Shown piece after piece: positions 61,760 to 64,000 of a stretch of DNA of 64,000 nucleotides. How positions within the stretch are numbered: position 1 is the stretch's first letter; every line of letters starts with the position of its first letter. The stretch comes from Mobula hypostoma (Eukaryota). The notes beneath the pieces were generated by a model. It was not told the origin of the DNA and ran no database searches. It saw only the letters and a list, made by a program, of their open reading frames with translations. A program made the translations under genes and the position numbers. Location: the NCBI RefSeq assembly GCF_963921235.1, contig NC_086108.1:21824001-21888000 (forward strand), written 5' to 3'.

Positions 61760-62684
61760 ACACAAGACTACAGACCTACCCAGGACTGTATAAAGTGCAC
61801 AAAACAGTGCAGGCATTACAATAAATAATAAACAAGACAAGTAATTAATCTGTATATGTTGGATGTTGAAAAGTGCAAAGAACTAACGGTGTGATTTAAA
61901 AACTAAAATGACAGTGATAAAGAACGCAACATCTGTCTGCTATACCAAATTACATCTTGGTAGGTTTTCAGCCATAAACCAAAACTGTTTTAAATTGTCA
62001 AAAGGAAAAGTCTTTACTGTCTATTTCCCTCCAGCAGTCTCTTTGGGAACAAAATATGCGATGTTGGCAGAAAGTCCACCTTTGTGCACTTTTTTGCAAA
62101 GTAGTCATGATCTAGGAATATGTTCATAATGCATTGCACATTGCTTTTGTAAAATTTAACAATGTGTATCTCTCTTGTATTTTTTAAAAAGCTAAGTTCT
62201 TGGAAGAACCTGAATATCTGCCTTTGAATGGAGTGAAGTTCTAGAACAAAAATTTCCATTGCATGTTAAATATGTGAAAAAGCTAATACAGTTGGAATAA
62301 TAACAGAATTGTGTTTGCTGAGGTGTTGTTACCTTGCTGTGATGCTGCTTCAAAGTGTGTTTTGCTGACAAAGCAACCCGAAAAGCTAAAACCTGCATTT
62401 GAAATCTGTTTTTGTTTCTCAAAAGGATTACTAAAATCTATCAGTGGTGTGGATCTTAGGTGTATTGTTGCTGAATAGAGCTTTCATCATTAGAGGTGGT
62501 GTTGTTATTGAACTAAGGATTCACACAAATTATGGCCTTTTCTAGGATTTCGTTTTTGTTTGGAATTATAGGTTTTGGAAGGTGACCTCCGATTTTTCTT
62601 CCAGGTCAGCAAAGACCTGCATTGGTTTATTTAGACTGATTACTCCCTTTGAACACATCATCTTTTCTTGGTGATACATAAGAT

Positions 62685-62802
62685 CACAGACATTGGAACC
62701 TGGAGCAACATGCAATCTACTGGAGGAATTCAGCCATCATGTGGCATCTTTGGGAGGAAAGAAATTACGAATGTTTCAGGTTGAGATCCAGCATCAGGAC
62801 TT
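62685..62802 (-). mobile_element. Old Penelope pLTR fragment
   Basis: tggaacctggagcaaca..tggaggaattcagc..atgtttcaggttgagatccagcatcaggact. Confidence 0.6.
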
Positions 62803-64000
62803 GGTGTTTAGAGTACTGTAATTTACCGCCAAAGTGGTGACACTGAAATTCTAAATTTTCTTAAGTACTTGGAAGTATTAGGAAGCCATGTAGAGGGAAA
62901 GCATATTTGATAGTTGATTCGAGCAACACACACAGAATGCTGGAGGAACACAGCAGGCAGGTGATAGTTGATTTCTAAGTGAAATACAGGTAATAAAATA
63001 TTTGGGTGTATGCTGACTTAACTTTGCCAATCACACCACAAAGCCATTGGTTTATCAAAATTTGTTGGCTGACCTGATGAGGTTAAGCAAGATGTCTGAT
63101 GAAGGTTCCTGTTTATCTTATAAAAGGTCAAATAAGTTTTGCATGTTGATTTGTTCATGGAAGATCAATGAAGACAACTTATTAAAATTTTCGTATTGAT
63201 TTCATAGTAAAGCAGGAGATAGATTTTTCATCAATTAAAAAAAACTGTTGGTAGGATCCAAGGTGTTACGTTTAGTACATTGCCAAGATTTCAAAGAGAA
63301 GAGAAAAGGTAATAAATCTGAGCATGGGTCTTAGTTGAAGTTAAGCTACACTTTTCAATAAAGAATTCTTGCATTTTTTAGAGGAATTTAATTGAAATAA
63401 TTTAACATCATTGTGCCATTTGCTTGAAATAGTGTTTACTTCTGAGCCATAAATAAAATGTCATTATTCTTTTAACTATATCTCAAATTTATAGTTGGTA
63501 TGTATAACTGCAGATTTCAAGGATGAGATAACTCACAGAGGATTATCAAAAAAAAAACTGACCTACATTGCAATCTGCTAAACGTCAATCTGGAAAGCAG
63601 AATTTTTAATTTGGTCACTCTTACGAGTTCATTACTGATCCATTAATGTGCAAACTATATGGGCATTTGTAAATGTTATTCATAAAACTTTGGGCTCAGT
63701 TTTTGACAGGATTTGAAATTGAATTTCTGCAGTTTGATATGTGTACATAGCACTTATTTATCACAGAACAGGTTAATATTCAGAGCTCATCAGGTCCACA
63801 ATAAAATGAACATTAGATCATGTCAGACTTCAAGCTAATTGTAGCCTTGAGATCACTGAGCCAATAAACAAAGTAGGAGATGGGGGCACTGTCAAATTTA
63901 AGTTGAAAGGGATCTGTTTTTATTGCAGTTTAACATCGGGCCAAATAACCGACTTGGTGAAAGTCATAAAGAATTGGATCTACTGGAAATCTGAAATAAA

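Larger units (their letters stand above)
60913..61845 (-). mobile_element. Rex1-type LINE 3' UTR tail split by a DNA transposon
   Basis: (TCAAG)3 tail then ctttttattgtc.., similar to 32031-32130; aaaactacacta resumes as gactacagacc after 61765. Confidence 0.65.

Overview
Eukaryotic, AT-rich, repeat-dense vertebrate DNA. The repeat set (V-SINE/HE1-like SINEs, CR1, Rex1/Babar, RTE, Neptune-type Penelope elements) suggests a cartilaginous fish, probably a ray; this is an inference. I find no convincing host protein-coding exon, so the window looks intronic or intergenic. Every ORF with a recognisable protein signature belongs to a disrupted mobile element. Highlights: (1) many Penelope pseudo-LTR (pLTR) copies carry a minimal type I hammerhead ribozyme, three with an intact core, and they repeatedly occur as TSD-flanked fold-back (hairpin) insertions of 0.2-1.3 kb from at least two unrelated families; (2) a decayed env-bearing class I endogenous retrovirus (55180-60542) with both LTRs, PPT, RNase H, integrase, furin site and immunosuppressive domain still readable; (3) inside its 5' LTR, a ~128 bp patch stitched from two near-perfect copies of sequences 3.4 kb upstream and 6 kb downstream, with microhomology junctions typical of a template-switch repair scar; (4) a hAT-like element with an apparent 6-bp TSD and a nested terminal repeat; (5) two candidate regulatory islands in unique DNA. 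Family assignments come from motif recognition only, with no database search, and boundaries of old repeats are approximate.
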